A DNA stretch of 63,944 bases, the filler included, from Octopus bimaculoides (taxonomy: Eukaryota): the NCBI RefSeq assembly GCF_001194135.2. It is 10 parts of 10 records of this genome, joined end to end, with 100 filler letters (N's around TTAATTAATTAA, not from the genome) between each part and the next. Parts side by side here need not be neighbours in the genome. Positions count along the whole stretch, not along the records: positions 1 to 9,635 come from NC_068983.1; positions 9,736 to 17,787 come from NC_068992.1; 8 more parts are not named here. One strand, 5' to 3'. The notes under the pieces were generated by a model. The model saw only the letters and a program-made list of their open reading frames with translations. It was not told where the DNA came from and did not search any database. This document shows, in pieces, positions 1-11,047 of this stretch. Positions within the stretch are counted from its first letter, which is position 1; the number at the start of each line of letters is the position of its first letter. The translations under genes and the position numbers were made by a program.

Positions 1-49
1 TATTAATGTAGAAATATGGTATCGTAGCTACTAACAGTTGAGGGTTGCA

Positions 50-118
50 TAGTCTAGACGGCGTTTTTAGATTTCATTATTCTCTTTAACCCGGGCAACG
101 CCGGGTGTTTCTGCTAGT
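50..118 (+). mobile_element. Helitron-type 3' terminus (GC hairpin + CTAG-T)
   Basis: CCCGGGCAACGCCGGG hairpin at 90-105, then CTAG at 114-117 and T. Near-identical to 18176-18243, which lies just downstream of a Helitron helicase C-terminus. Confidence 0.75.
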
Positions 119-345
119 TTAAATATATATGAGCATGTCTAGATATGTAACTATATGCATGAGAATACATACATAGAAATATACAAATCTGCACATACAT
201 ACATACATACATACATACATACATACATACATACATGCATACCTTGTTGTTGATGTTGAAATTCCAATGAAGGAGCCTTGGATCTAGGTTAGAAACCGGT
301 TCTTTCTCTATTGGCAAGAAATCTCGAAATAACTGAATAATGACA
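119..345 (+). repeat. Interspersed repeat module with internal (ATAC)n; second copy at 63784-63944
   Basis: AAATATATATGAGCATGTCTAGATATG...(ATAC)n...GTTGAAATTCCAATGAAGGAGCCTTGGATCTAGGTTAGAAACCGGTTCTT recurs with few changes at the far end of the window. Confidence 0.8.
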
Positions 346-443
346 TACATACATACATAAAATACATACATACATACATAAAATACATACATACGTACAT
401 ACATACATACATGCATGCATGCATGCATGCATGCATACATACA

Positions 444-476
<33 letters not shown>

Positions 477-496
477 GCATGCATATATGCATGCAT

Positions 497-1179
497 AAAA
501 ATACATCGACAGATGACAAATGTAAGTTGTGCAACACTAAAACTGAAGGCATCAACTACGTTGTGGCCAACTGCGAGAAAATGTCTTCTACAATAGATAT
601 TTATCTTCTTATGAGGCATGATGCAGTGGTCCGAACAATCTGAAAGAGAAGTAGAAAAAAAAGAAATTACCGTCTGACAAAGTTGACTGTATTATGACCG
701 ATAGGACCAATGGGTGGAATTTAAAAATGAAAACAGCCTCCAACTCAAAACACAACCAGCCAAATATTGTGTGGGGCCACAAGAAAAAAATATGCTTTAT
801 TATGGAAATCGGCTGCTTTCTGGACACTAATGTGGTTAGGAAAATACAAAGGAAAGAAAAAATCTATGGGCTCTTGATAAGGAGGTTGCAAATCTGCTAC
901 CCAAAGTAGTTTTTTTTTATGTCTATTGTTATTTGAGCAGCATGAGACGTACCAACCGACCTGGAGCAAATTATGGCTAATCTTGAATTCTTGGGGAGAG
1001 AATGCAACTCATTAATTTATACGCGACAAATGATCCCGATATCTGGGACAATAAAAAAATCTGCAAAACTTTCTAAAGATTTAAAGGATTATTAACAAGG
1101 CCAGATGCTTTCCTTCAGATATTTGCTACCAAGCAGGTAGCCAGTTAAAATTTACTCTAAATTAAAAAGAGGAAAAGAA
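497..1179 (+). mobile_element. RLE-type non-LTR retrotransposon (R4/Dong-like) 3' fragment, copy A, decayed
   Basis: Translates across frameshifts to a CCHC knuckle (DDKCKLCNTKTEGINYVVANC...RHDAVVRTI) and an RLE region (NIVWGHKKKICFIMEIGC, KEKIYGLLIRRLQICYP, ISGTIKK). Confidence 0.75.
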
Positions 1180-1199
1180 CACACACACACGCACGCACG

Positions 1200-1251
<52 letters not shown>

Positions 1252-1293
1252 TACATACATACATACGTACATACGTACATACATACATACATA

Positions 1294-1750
1294 GCTAAAG
1301 TATTATATAATGAGATCTGTAGACAGGATAATCCTATGGAAAGAAGTATAAGAAGTTATAATGATGTGTAGGGCATAAGCACACATAATAGGAAAGAATC
1401 TTGATGGAATGTCCTTGTCAGATCATGACTTCAATAAAATACAAGCAAAATAGCCGATACGTAACGATCTAAGCAGAAGAAAAACACTATGTACAATAGT
1501 TAAATCAGTTACCCTGCAGTTTTCAGCATAACGTCATAGATTAGTGGAAAAGATAACATTATAGCGAATTAATAAGAATATGCAGTTACCCAGTCTAGAC
1601 TGTAGATTGAGATTTTTACCAATAATTATTAATACACTTGGTTACGTGAGTAGCTACGTCAGAACCAATCTTGAGAAGCCGGGATTCACAAAACTGGAAA
1701 AAACACGTCAATGCGAAAGATTATAGCTGCAAGCTATCAAAGGTACCATC
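1294..1750 (+). mobile_element. RLE-type LINE fragment, copy B, flanked on both sides by (ATAC)n
   Basis: Frameshifted AKVLYNEICRQDNP...THNRKES*WNVLVRS...EKDNI...LQLQAIKGT, collinear with copy C and with the 43574 copy (THNNNEYRWNVLVR). Confidence 0.65.
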
Positions 1751-1811
1751 ATACATACATACATACATACATACATACATACATACATACATACATACAT
1801 ACGTACTTACA

Positions 1812-2259
1812 TACTGGTGGAATATTCAGGCTGGATATTGTTGTTTGGGACAGAGGGGCGATGGTATGCACCATCATAGAAGTCAGCTGCCCTGCAGATA
1901 TAAATAACTCTTTGAAAATCGAAGAAAAAGAGGATATCTGTGGACAATTGCTTCGAAACCTCCAGCTTCTATATCCAGACTATGAATTCATATTCATACG
2001 AATAATGATTGGAGCACTAGGTTTTGTTAGTAAATGCTTAAAGGAGAATCTGGATAAACTGGGATTTTCAGAAAGAGAAATCGATCGGCCAATTCGTACA
2101 TTACAAGTGCAATCTGTGAGTGGAACAGTAAAAATATGCAAGACTTTTCTCAAGTTCCAAATGTGAATTTGTCTGTGAGCCTTGTATCTTTGTTGGAAGC
2201 CATCTCCCCCTTCAGTGGAAGATTTATAATAATTAAAATATAGAAGAGACGTACATACA
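1812..2259 (+). mobile_element. RLE-type LINE 5'-truncated 3' end, copy C (endonuclease domain + 3' UTR)
   Basis: YWWNI, then RLDIVVWDRGAMVCTIIEVSCPADIN...KIEEKEDICGQLLRNLQ...IGALG...GTVKICKTFLKFQM* (PD..D/E..K-type RLE core). Stop at 2164-2166; 3' UTR ends in GTACATACAA. Confidence 0.85.
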
Positions 2260-2875
2260 AGACAGTCGATGTTAGCTGCTGCATACTTAGTGTAAGAGAC
2301 TATTTATCGAATAGTCTCCCAAGTGAAATATGCGACTGCTCCCGCCTTAATATCACAATTACCCGCCTTGTTAAATAATTGGTTATTCTTTTAATTGCAT
2401 TCATTGAGGAAACTATTATCTCAAGAATGTGGTGGTGTTTGTCAAGATCTGGGATTCACCTTGCGTTGAGCTGCTGCAGACGGCGTGGCTGTACACAGCA
2501 GCATCAACCGAACCGGACTTCCAGAAGTTTAACATCTGATAAATGCATAAACATTCGTGTCGATATGAAAACTTGTATGTGTTCTTATTAAACTCTACGC
2601 AAGCAATAACACTCACACTTGCATGCATGTGCACATACATGCGTACAAACATAAATGCTTATGTGCCTACATATGTACATGCATACATACATACACGCAT
2701 GCATACATCTGTGTATACCTACTTACATTCGTGCATATATGCAAAACAAAACAAAAAACCCCGTTGATGTTGTCTAAATTTTAATGAAAGTGCCTAGTTT
2801 CTGGGTTAGACATCGGCTTTTCCTACATTGGTGAGAAATTCGAAAAATAAAACAAGAAGAAAATATATATATATG

Positions 2876-3031
2876 TTTGTGTTTATGTCCCCGTAACTTA
2901 GCGGTTCGGCAAAAGAGACCGATAGAATAAGTACTAGGCTTCTAAAGAATAAGTCCTGGTGTCGATTTGCTCGACTAAAGGCCGTGCTCCAGCATGGCCA
3001 CAGTCAAAAGACTGAAACAAGTAAAAGAGTA
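2876..3031 (+). mobile_element. SINE family B (3' part)
   Basis: GTAACTTAGCGGTTCGGCAAAAGAGACCGATAGAATAAGTACTAGG...GCTCCAGCATGGCC.CAGTCAA..GACTGAAACAAGTAAAAGAG. Reverse-complement copies at 16963, 35585, 43065 and 44608. Confidence 0.75.
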
Positions 3032-3039
3032 CATCCACA

Positions 3040-4270
3040 GATCTTGTCAGTGTCAACGGTGACGCTGGTATAATCTGTTACGGGAAGAGATTGAGAAAGA
3101 AGCATAAAGCCTGTCCAGACGGCTTTTGTGTGCTATACCATGACATTCAAACAAGACTTAATGAATCTATTGGAAATATTAACATATCACGTCTATGCTC
3201 ATCAACAATAATAATGATTTCAAATTTTGGCACAAGGTCAGCAATTTCTGGGATGGGACAAGTCGATTACATCGACCCCAGTGCTCAACTAGTACTTATT
3301 TTATCGATTCTAAAGGGATAAAAGGCAAAGTCAACCTCGGCGGAATTTGAACTCAGAACATAAAAGACAGGCGAAATACCGCTAAGAATTTTGCCCGCGT
3401 GCTAACGATTCTGCCAACTCGTCGCCTCGTCAACAGTGATAATAATGCCATCACGGAATTATAGGAAGAACTCTTGAATAGGTCCTCTGAGTGTTACAAC
3501 TATTACACACAAACCAAGGAAAGCTGAAATAGTCTACTTGATAGAAATTTTGAGGAGAATGTGTCTGCAGAAAGTTATGCATGGGTATACATCCCACAAC
3601 CTAGAGAATGATAAAAGAAAACATTGACAGGAGTGGGGTAGCCTCTCCTGATCGTGTGATAGACACATCCCGTCTCACTGAGAAGAACACGCTTTCGATA
3701 CCCAAGAGCATCAAATAGCTACTAAATTTCTGACCAACAAGGGAGATAAGGAACTCCTCTAAACTTTCACGTTGTGATAGAACATGTCGACTGTACCATA
3801 CTGGGGTGGGAAATATCCCCACATCATCAGCAGTTGTCCAAAAAATATCCGTAAGCTACTACTTACACATAAGATATGACATTGTTGCTAAAACCATTTA
3901 GAATACTATTTGCAAAAAGGATTTTTTCTGACGGAAAAACAAAAGCATACCAGACCCAGAATATATTCACGTCTTTAAAAATAAGGATTACTGGTAGAAT
4001 ATTCCAATAAAGATAGGTTGCAAAAATTGCTGATTGTTATAGAGGCTGGCTACCCGGCAGATGTAAAACTGATGGAAAAGAGAACTTTAATGAGAAAATG
4101 TTAATCTTATAGCCAAGCTGTATACCAGTGGTGCATATAGCTGTATAATAAGAGATTCGCATAAAAACTTAGAAAACATGCTCAAAGAAAGAATAAAGCT
4201 TGCTAATTCGCCTCCTCCTAATAAAATTGATTAGTGGTACAGTGAAGACTTATAAAACATTCCAAGAATT
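3040..4270 (+). mobile_element. RLE-type LINE fragment, copy D (post-RT region to RLE), interrupted by a SINE
   Basis: Frameshifted RSIKPVQTAF, DTQEHQIATKFLTNK, SYYLHIRYDIVAKTI, IEAGYPADV, LISGTVKTYKTF, in the same order as copies A, C and E. Confidence 0.65.
3221..3427 (-). mobile_element. tRNA-derived SINE family A
   Basis: Reverse complement gives an A-box-like TTGGCAGAATCG, B box GAGTTCAAATTCC and core GACTTTGCCTTTTATCCC...ATCGATAAAATAAGTACTAG, matching 56314-56547. Confidence 0.85.
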
Positions 4271-4627
4271 CTTCGTTTTGTTCACTGGAATGAATATATG
4301 CACACAACCGTATGTGCATATGTTCATTCCATATGCACGTTTATAAAATGTAGATTCGCATACATTTATGTACATGTACATCCACTGCAAGAATGTAAGT
4401 TTATCCCCATCCCATGCACCTACATGAATGCACACATTAACTTGTTGACATATTTTCTCATATTTTCAAATCCCACGAACTGTTTCGACTCAAACAAAAG
4501 AGCCTGGTCACGTTGTTAGTCATTAACTTGAATTACACAGAGGGGGGGGGGAAAGCACAAAAACACGCATGCATGCATACATACATACATACATACATAC
4601 ACACACACACAGAGGATATTATATATA

Positions 4628-4675
<48 letters not shown>

Positions 4676-4873
4676 GTATGTATGTATGCATGTACCTATG
4701 TATGTAAATTAGCCAGCTCGCCTGTCCAGCGGGGTGGCGACATTAGAAAGCTAAAACAATGCTAAGCGCATTGTGATCAGCAATGTATAACATCCGATAG
4801 CCTGGTCGATACTGTGATACATACGTAAGTACATGTATATACGTACGTATGTATGTATGTATGTATGTATGTA

Positions 4874-4919
<46 letters not shown>

Positions 4920-7584
4920 TGTATGTATGTATGTATGTATGCATGCATGCATGCATGCATGCATGCATGTATGTATGAGTGAATAAAGGACTCGAGTATC
5001 TGTAGTGCACAGGCATACATGTTCCACGAATCGAATTTCGAATGTAAAAACTGTCTTCTACACACGCACACACACACGCACACACACACACACACATACA
5101 TACTTTCTCTCTCTCTTTCTAAAATTCTCTCGCTGACTTTCTCTTTTTATCCCGCGTCTATGTACGTGTTCGTTTGTGTATGCGTGTGTGTGTGCGTGCA
5201 TGTGCGTGCGTAAATATATATTCACATAAATACACTTACACATATATGTGTTTTGAAACAGTTTTATTGTGTCTGTGACGAGAAACTCAGCCACAGGTGG
5301 GATGCGTAATTTGTAAATTCTGTTCCTTAGAGGTTTCCATAGCTGTAATGAAGCCCAAACACTTGCTCTCTCAGACATTCACATAGAGAAAGAAGGAAAA
5401 GAAGAAAAAAACAGAGAGAGAAGGGGAGGATCCGTTATCGCTCCCCTGTCACAACAGCCAGCACTCTCGGCAATATCTTATCTGGGATTCCGTTCTCTGG
5501 TTTACTGCTGAATACCAATTTAGCGAACGGAAACTGTTTGACCAATTGGCAGAATATTTGGGTGAGTAGAGTAATATTTTTTGGTGTTTCAATAAACAAC
5601 TGTCTTGTTTCTTTTTTCACTTATGTTACCCTGGTTAGTAACTATATGCTTCACTAGTAGCATTATCATTATATCCCTTCGTCCAGCACGACATTAGACC
5701 GTATCGCACACCATCACAAAAATTCCATTACATTACTGTCACACCACACACGAGCCACAGTAATACACTTCTTCATATTGTTATTACTATTAACACATCC
5801 ACCAGCACACTTTACCCACCACAACACTCCACGCTACGCCTCATTTCAATTACCACAATCACCACAAACACAAACACAACATCATTCCGTTTCGTCGTTA
5901 CATCACACTTCACTATATCAGATCGCTCCGTTTCGCTGCATAACTACACCGCATCACATGCATATATACCATTCTACTTATCCAGAAATCCAGGTGAAAA
6001 AAAAAAGAGAAGAAAAAAAAAAACACTGGAAAAAAAAAAGTCATACAGATAAAACATAAGAGTATCAGAAAAATAAAGGAGTCGCAGGGAAATTTCAAGA
6101 TATAATTGATTTAATGCTGTTTTTTGTTGCTGGTTTATTGTTCTATTTAAAATATTGTATGAATCGTATTTTTTTTCACATACGTGTAATACAATTATGT
6201 TGTCATTGCGTATAAGTCATGTAGTGTCAGTTTATTAACTCAAAATATTATTTGTTTAATTACATCAACTATTATTTTTTGCTACGCTAATACGAAAAAT
6301 TTAACATTTATCAGGTGACTTTTTTCCTACCCAAAAGTGTGACATTTTTTTTTTCTATGACTTTATTTCCGTTCACCTTATGCGGCACACACTACATGAT
6401 GTCTCTATTAAACTGCACCGCATTCAAAGGAGACTACATCGACCTGCCTTATTGGTCGGGACGTCTCGACAGAATTACATTGAAGGGAGACAACGGCGTA
6501 CTTTGTCAATTAGTTTTTGCAATTAAGCAAATAGCGTTTTCTTTTTCTTTTCTTTTTTGTTTGCATCTGTAAAAGACTAGTAACCTTAGTATCTCAGTTC
6601 TAATGTGTATGATAATGTTGATGGCAAGGAAGGGAATAAGAAAATTTTCAAAATTGATCTAAAGGCCACAGTTTTTTAGGGGGTGTGATGTAGACTCCAG
6701 TATAACGACTCCAGTAATGAGTATTTTATTTTATTGATTTTGATGATTTCTATATAGGCATAAAGCTATACATTTAAGGAGCAAATTACAATTGATTCAG
6801 TTTAAACCAAAACCTGACTAAGGGGTTTTTTCCTGTATTTTTTTATCGATCCCAAAAGGGAGAAGAACGAAGTTGACCCCATTGTAAAGGGACGTAATTA
6901 AATCAATTCTGCCAAAATAATTTTATCATGTCTGCCTCAAAGGTCCGAATTTATAATAGAGCGATATATTCAGTAGATTGCTTATATTTATTTTATCACC
7001 TTTAAAAAGGGCGATAGATTAGGAGCATGAAATAGATTTTCTCTTTGTCCATTGAATGTATATAACTGTTGTGAAATTATGGGGGTTGCATTATAAAACA
7101 CATGGTCGAATGTTCAAATCTTATTACAGGTTGTGCCTGGGAGCAAGGTATATAACTCTACTTGATAAATTAATGAAATTAAAAATTGTCGCTCTCCCTC
7201 TCCTCCCCTTTCTTTGCCTTTCTCCCTCCCTCCGTCCTATTCTGTTTCTTTCTATCCTCCCTTTGTCACTCTCCCTCCTTCCTTTGTCACTCTTCCTCCT
7301 CCCTTTGTCTCTCTCCCTCCTCCTTTCCCTCCTTTTCCCTCTCTAAATTCCACGATGCTAATCCGTAGAGTTGACTGCAAAAGTAAAAAGGAAAAGAAAA
7401 ATTCAATTTCATTTGTATTTGTTGAATGAAACTCAAATTAAACATGGATAAAATAAATCTCGTTTTTAATATTTTCCATTTCAGAAATTCTCCTTCTGGT
7501 GTTGTGACCAAATTAATTATTGTGTGTGAAAGCCAAATCTTCAAGTGAAAGGACAATTGATTGAAGAAGTTTCTTAAAGAAATC

Positions 7585-8862
7585 ATGAAGACGAATATCA
7601 ACATTGATGTTTTCCAGTGTGGAATATGCCAAAAATACTTTTCCGACAGCAATAGTTTAAAGGTTCACATGGAAGTGCACCCGGTCAAGAAACTGTACTT
7701 TTGTGATGTATGTGGCATATCCTGTGTTGAAGAATATCTCTTGAATAATCACATGAAAATTCACACAGGAGAAAGACCGTATATTTGTGATATATGTGGT
7801 AAAGATTTTGTGAAAAAATCTCAATTGAAGAAACATTCAGAAATACACAGCAGTGACAGCCTCTTTCACTGTGATATTTGTGGCAAGAATTTTGTCCATG
7901 CATCTTCTTTAAAGAAGCACATACGAGTGCACACTGGAGAGAAACCGTTCCAGTGTAATGAGTGTGGGAAAGAATTTGTGCAGAATTGTCATTTGAAACA
8001 GCACCAGAGACTGCATACTGGTGAGAAACCATTTCATTGTGAATTTTGTGGCAAAGACTTTGTACGAGGTTCTGATTTTAAGATCCATACTCGAAGACAC
8101 ACTGGAGAAAAACCATTCATTTGTAATATATGTGGGAAAGATTTTGTTGATGGATCTTCATTGAGAAGTCACATACGAATACACACCGGGGAGAGACCAT
8201 ATCATTGTGAGATATGTGGTAAGGATTTTGTAATTTCCTCTTCATTAAAGAAACATATAAAAACTCATACTGGAGAGAAATTTCACTATTGTAAAATATG
8301 CAGAAAGAAATTCGTTCAAGCATATTCTTTGAAAATCCACATGAAAATCCACACTGGAGAAAGTGCATTTAAATGTGAAGTGTGTGGGAATGATTTTCAG
8401 GAAAGTTATGATTTGAAAATGCATATGAAAATTCACACTGGTGAGAAAACTTTCCACTGCGATACTTGTGGTAAGGACTTCTTGCACGAGTTCTCATATA
8501 AGAGCCACATGAAAAAACACGAAGGAGAAAAACCAGTTGAATGTGAGATGCGTGAAAGTGATTTTTACCAAATGTCCAGCTTAGGGAATCATATGAGTAA
8601 ATATACGAAGACTAAGATTTTCCATTGTGAAATATGTAGGGACGATTTTATGGAAGAATCTAGCTTGGCAAAGCACATAAAGATCCATACAGATGAAAAG
8701 CCATTTCAATGTAATTTATGTGGAAATGACTGTGTTGAAGCATCTATTTTGAAAATTCATATCCAAGGCCACTTGGAAGATAAACCTCTAATTTGTAAAA
8801 CATGTGGAGATGAGTTCCTCTTTGAATGTGACTTAGAAAAACATGTTGAAATGCATGTATGA
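7585..8862 (+). CDS. Multi-C2H2 zinc finger protein, 15 fingers (14 intact) in a single coding exon
   Basis: Open frame with repeated C-x2-C-x12-H-x3-H and TGEKP-type linkers. First in-frame ATG at 7585 (the track's TTG at 7561 is not a normal eukaryotic start). Pyrimidine-rich acceptor TTTTCCATTTCAG ends at 7484. Confidence 0.93.
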   Translation: MKTNINIDVFQCGICQKYFSDSNSLKVHMEVHPVKKLYFCDVCGISCVEEYLLNNHMKIHTGERPYICDICGKDFVKKSQLKKHSEIHSSDSLFHCDICGKNFVHASSLKKHIRVHTGEKPFQCNECGKEFVQNCHLKQHQRLHTGEKPFHCEFCGKDFVRGSDFKIHTRRHTGEKPFICNICGKDFVDGSSLRSHIRIHTGERPYHCEICGKDFVISSSLKKHIKTHTGEKFHYCKICRKKFVQAYSLKIHMKIHTGESAFKCEVCGNDFQESYDLKMHMKIHTGEKTFHCDTCGKDFLHEFSYKSHMKKHEGEKPVECEMRESDFYQMSSLGNHMSKYTKTKIFHCEICRDDFMEESSLAKHIKIHTDEKPFQCNLCGNDCVEASILKIHIQGHLEDKPLICKTCGDEFLFECDLEKHVEMHV

Positions 8863-9582
8863 GCCTCAAAAGTTTCATTCTGGAGTGTTATGTAAAGTTA
8901 TCTTTCAGAACCAGTCTTTCTTTATGTTAAAATCTTTGGAACCTTTGGAGACTCAACACCACCAGACACTGGACCAGCAAGAAACACTTTCAGTGCACTT
9001 AACCAACATAACTAAGTGATGTTGGTTTCGGAGATGACAAAAAGCAAAATGTTGAGAGATATTTATTGTTGGTATCGAGAACATGTTGGGGATCAAATTC
9101 CCTCTTTTATTAATTTCATATAGCATGTCACTTTATCAGAGTTGCTTCATTCTGGGCATTATTGTCATGGGAAAATTAAACAGAAATGTAGGTTGTGATG
9201 ATGATCATGATGATAAATAGGAAGGTGTTAAAGGGTTGATAATTGTCATTATTCGGTCCCAGGATGAACCTGATTAAGCAGATTTATGAGACATTCAAGT
9301 TGTTACCTTCCTGTCTTTTTTTCTAGGCACAGTACACTTAGTCACACATTATCTAATGTGCCCTTCTATTTTAAGATTGTAAGGCATGATTTAAGAAAGA
9401 TATGGTTGCTAATGTTGGCAAGTCAAATTACTGCATAGATTTTCCCTTGTTTTTAGAAAACATATATCTCAATGTGCGCACACACACAAACATCATCAGC
9501 ATCATCATGATGTTAGTGTGTGTGTATATTTTTATATATACATATATACATAAATATATACACACACACACATGCAGACACG

Positions 9583-9635
<53 letters not shown>

Positions 9636-9679
9636 NNNNNNNNNNNNNNNNNNNNNNNNNNNNNNNNNNNNNNNNNNNN

Positions 9680-9691
9680 TTAATTAATTAA
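9680..9691. other. Artificial scaffold-joining linker
   Basis: TTAATTAATTAA (stops in all six frames) with exactly 44 N on each side. Confidence 0.95.
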
Positions 9692-9736
9692 NNNNNNNNN
9701 NNNNNNNNNNNNNNNNNNNNNNNNNNNNNNNNNNNT

Positions 9737-10222
9737 GATGTTTATAAAGTAGAAACTATCAGTGACTCATACATGGTGGTGAGTGGTCTCCCAGAGAAGA
9801 ATGAGAATCGTCATGCGGGAGAGATTGCAACAATGGCTTTAGATCTGATGTCAATGGTGACCGTGTTTGAAATACCACATATGCCAAAATCTACTTTACA
9901 ATTACGAATTGGAATACATTCAGGACCAGTGGTAAGCGGTGTGGTTGGTAAACTTATGCCTCGGTATTGTTTGTTCGGAGACACTGTGAACACAGCTTCG
10001 AGGATGGAGTCTAGTTGTTACGCTCTGCGAATTCAAGTGAGTGAGGCTACAGCTGGCATTCTTGAAGAATTAGGGGGATATACTTTGGAATCAAGAGGCG
10101 AGATAAATGTGAAAGGGCGAGGGATGATGACAACCTTCTGGCTTTGGGGTAAAGACACCTTCAACAAAATGCTGCCAGACCAATCTCTAGCTTTGAGAAT
10201 TTCTAAACACAAATTTAAGTGA
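9737..10222 (+). CDS. Receptor-type guanylyl cyclase, C-terminal catalytic domain (5'-partial at scaffold edge)
   Basis: The frame is open from the gap edge: [19 protein letters not shown]...[37 protein letters not shown]...[12 protein letters not shown]. The guanine-specifying Glu (VET) and Cys (RYC) and the catalytic Asn/Arg (NTASR) are present. Confidence 0.93.
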   Translation, partial: DVYKVETISDSYMVVSGLPEKNENRHAGEIATMALDLMSMVTVFEIPHMPKSTLQLRIGIHSGPVVSGVVGKLMPRYCLFGDTVNTASRMESSCYALRIQVSEATAGILEELGGYTLESRGEINVKGRGMMTTFWLWGKDTFNKMLPDQSLALRISKHKFK

Positions 10223-10237
10223 GAAACTTTTTTTACT

Positions 10238-10272
10238 GATGACGGTGATATGAACTTTGATGATGATGATGG

Positions 10273-10324
<52 letters not shown>

Positions 10325-10450
10325 ACCGATGATGATGAAGATGCTGATGATAAAGATGTTGATGATGAAGATCATGATGAAGATGATGACGATAATAATG
10401 AGGAGGAGGAGGAGGAGGAGGAGGAGGAAGCGGAGGAAGAAGAGATGGAT
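10238..10450. repeat. (GAT)n / (GAG)n trinucleotide microsatellite block
   Basis: Pure and degenerate GAT and GAG runs immediately after the cyclase stop codon. Confidence 0.95.
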
Positions 10451-10609
10451 GAGGATGGTAAAACGATGACGGCGTTGGTGATGATCATAATGAAGATATG
10501 GATGGTGGAAACGATCATGTAATATTTAATGATGATAACAATGATGTGTATGTAACAGAAGACTTCACATTTACTAGGGAGTACGGATGTACTACGGTCG
10601 ATCTGAATA

Positions 10610-10675
<66 letters not shown>

Positions 10676-10685
10676 NNNNNNNNNN

Positions 10686-10763
<78 letters not shown>

Positions 10764-10972
10764 ATATATATATATTACAGTTCTATATTTGATAGATGAG
10801 GAATTATTTATATTATTTACATTATTTACATTTGACGGATACTTGTCCTCATCTTGTTTGATGTTAACACGACATTTTCGACTGATATACCCTCCAGCCT
10901 TCATTAGATGTCTTGGAGAAATTTCGAACCTGGGTTCTCAGTCCTAAGGTATTTTTCGATCTTGTTGTTGTT

Positions 10973-10977
<5 letters not shown>

Positions 10978-11047
<70 letters not shown>
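10978..11047. repeat. (ATT)n microsatellite at gap edge
   Basis: Direct observation. Confidence 0.95.

Noticed and set aside
114-643. ORFs such as [28 protein letters not shown] and THTHTH, here and throughout the window
   Set aside because: These are translations of (ATAC)n, (AT)n and (AC)n microsatellites, which lack stops in some frames.
5330-5560. Possible exon ending at TGG|GTGAGT (5552)
   Set aside because: No frame stays open from the nearest acceptor, and I recognise no protein.
7561-10222. Zinc finger gene and guanylyl cyclase as a linked gene pair
   Set aside because: An artificial linker at 9636-9735 separates them.
10250-10522. Asp/Glu-rich 90-aa ORF after the cyclase
   Set aside because: Pure (GAT)n/(GAG)n repeat downstream of a stop codon; no splice or homology support.
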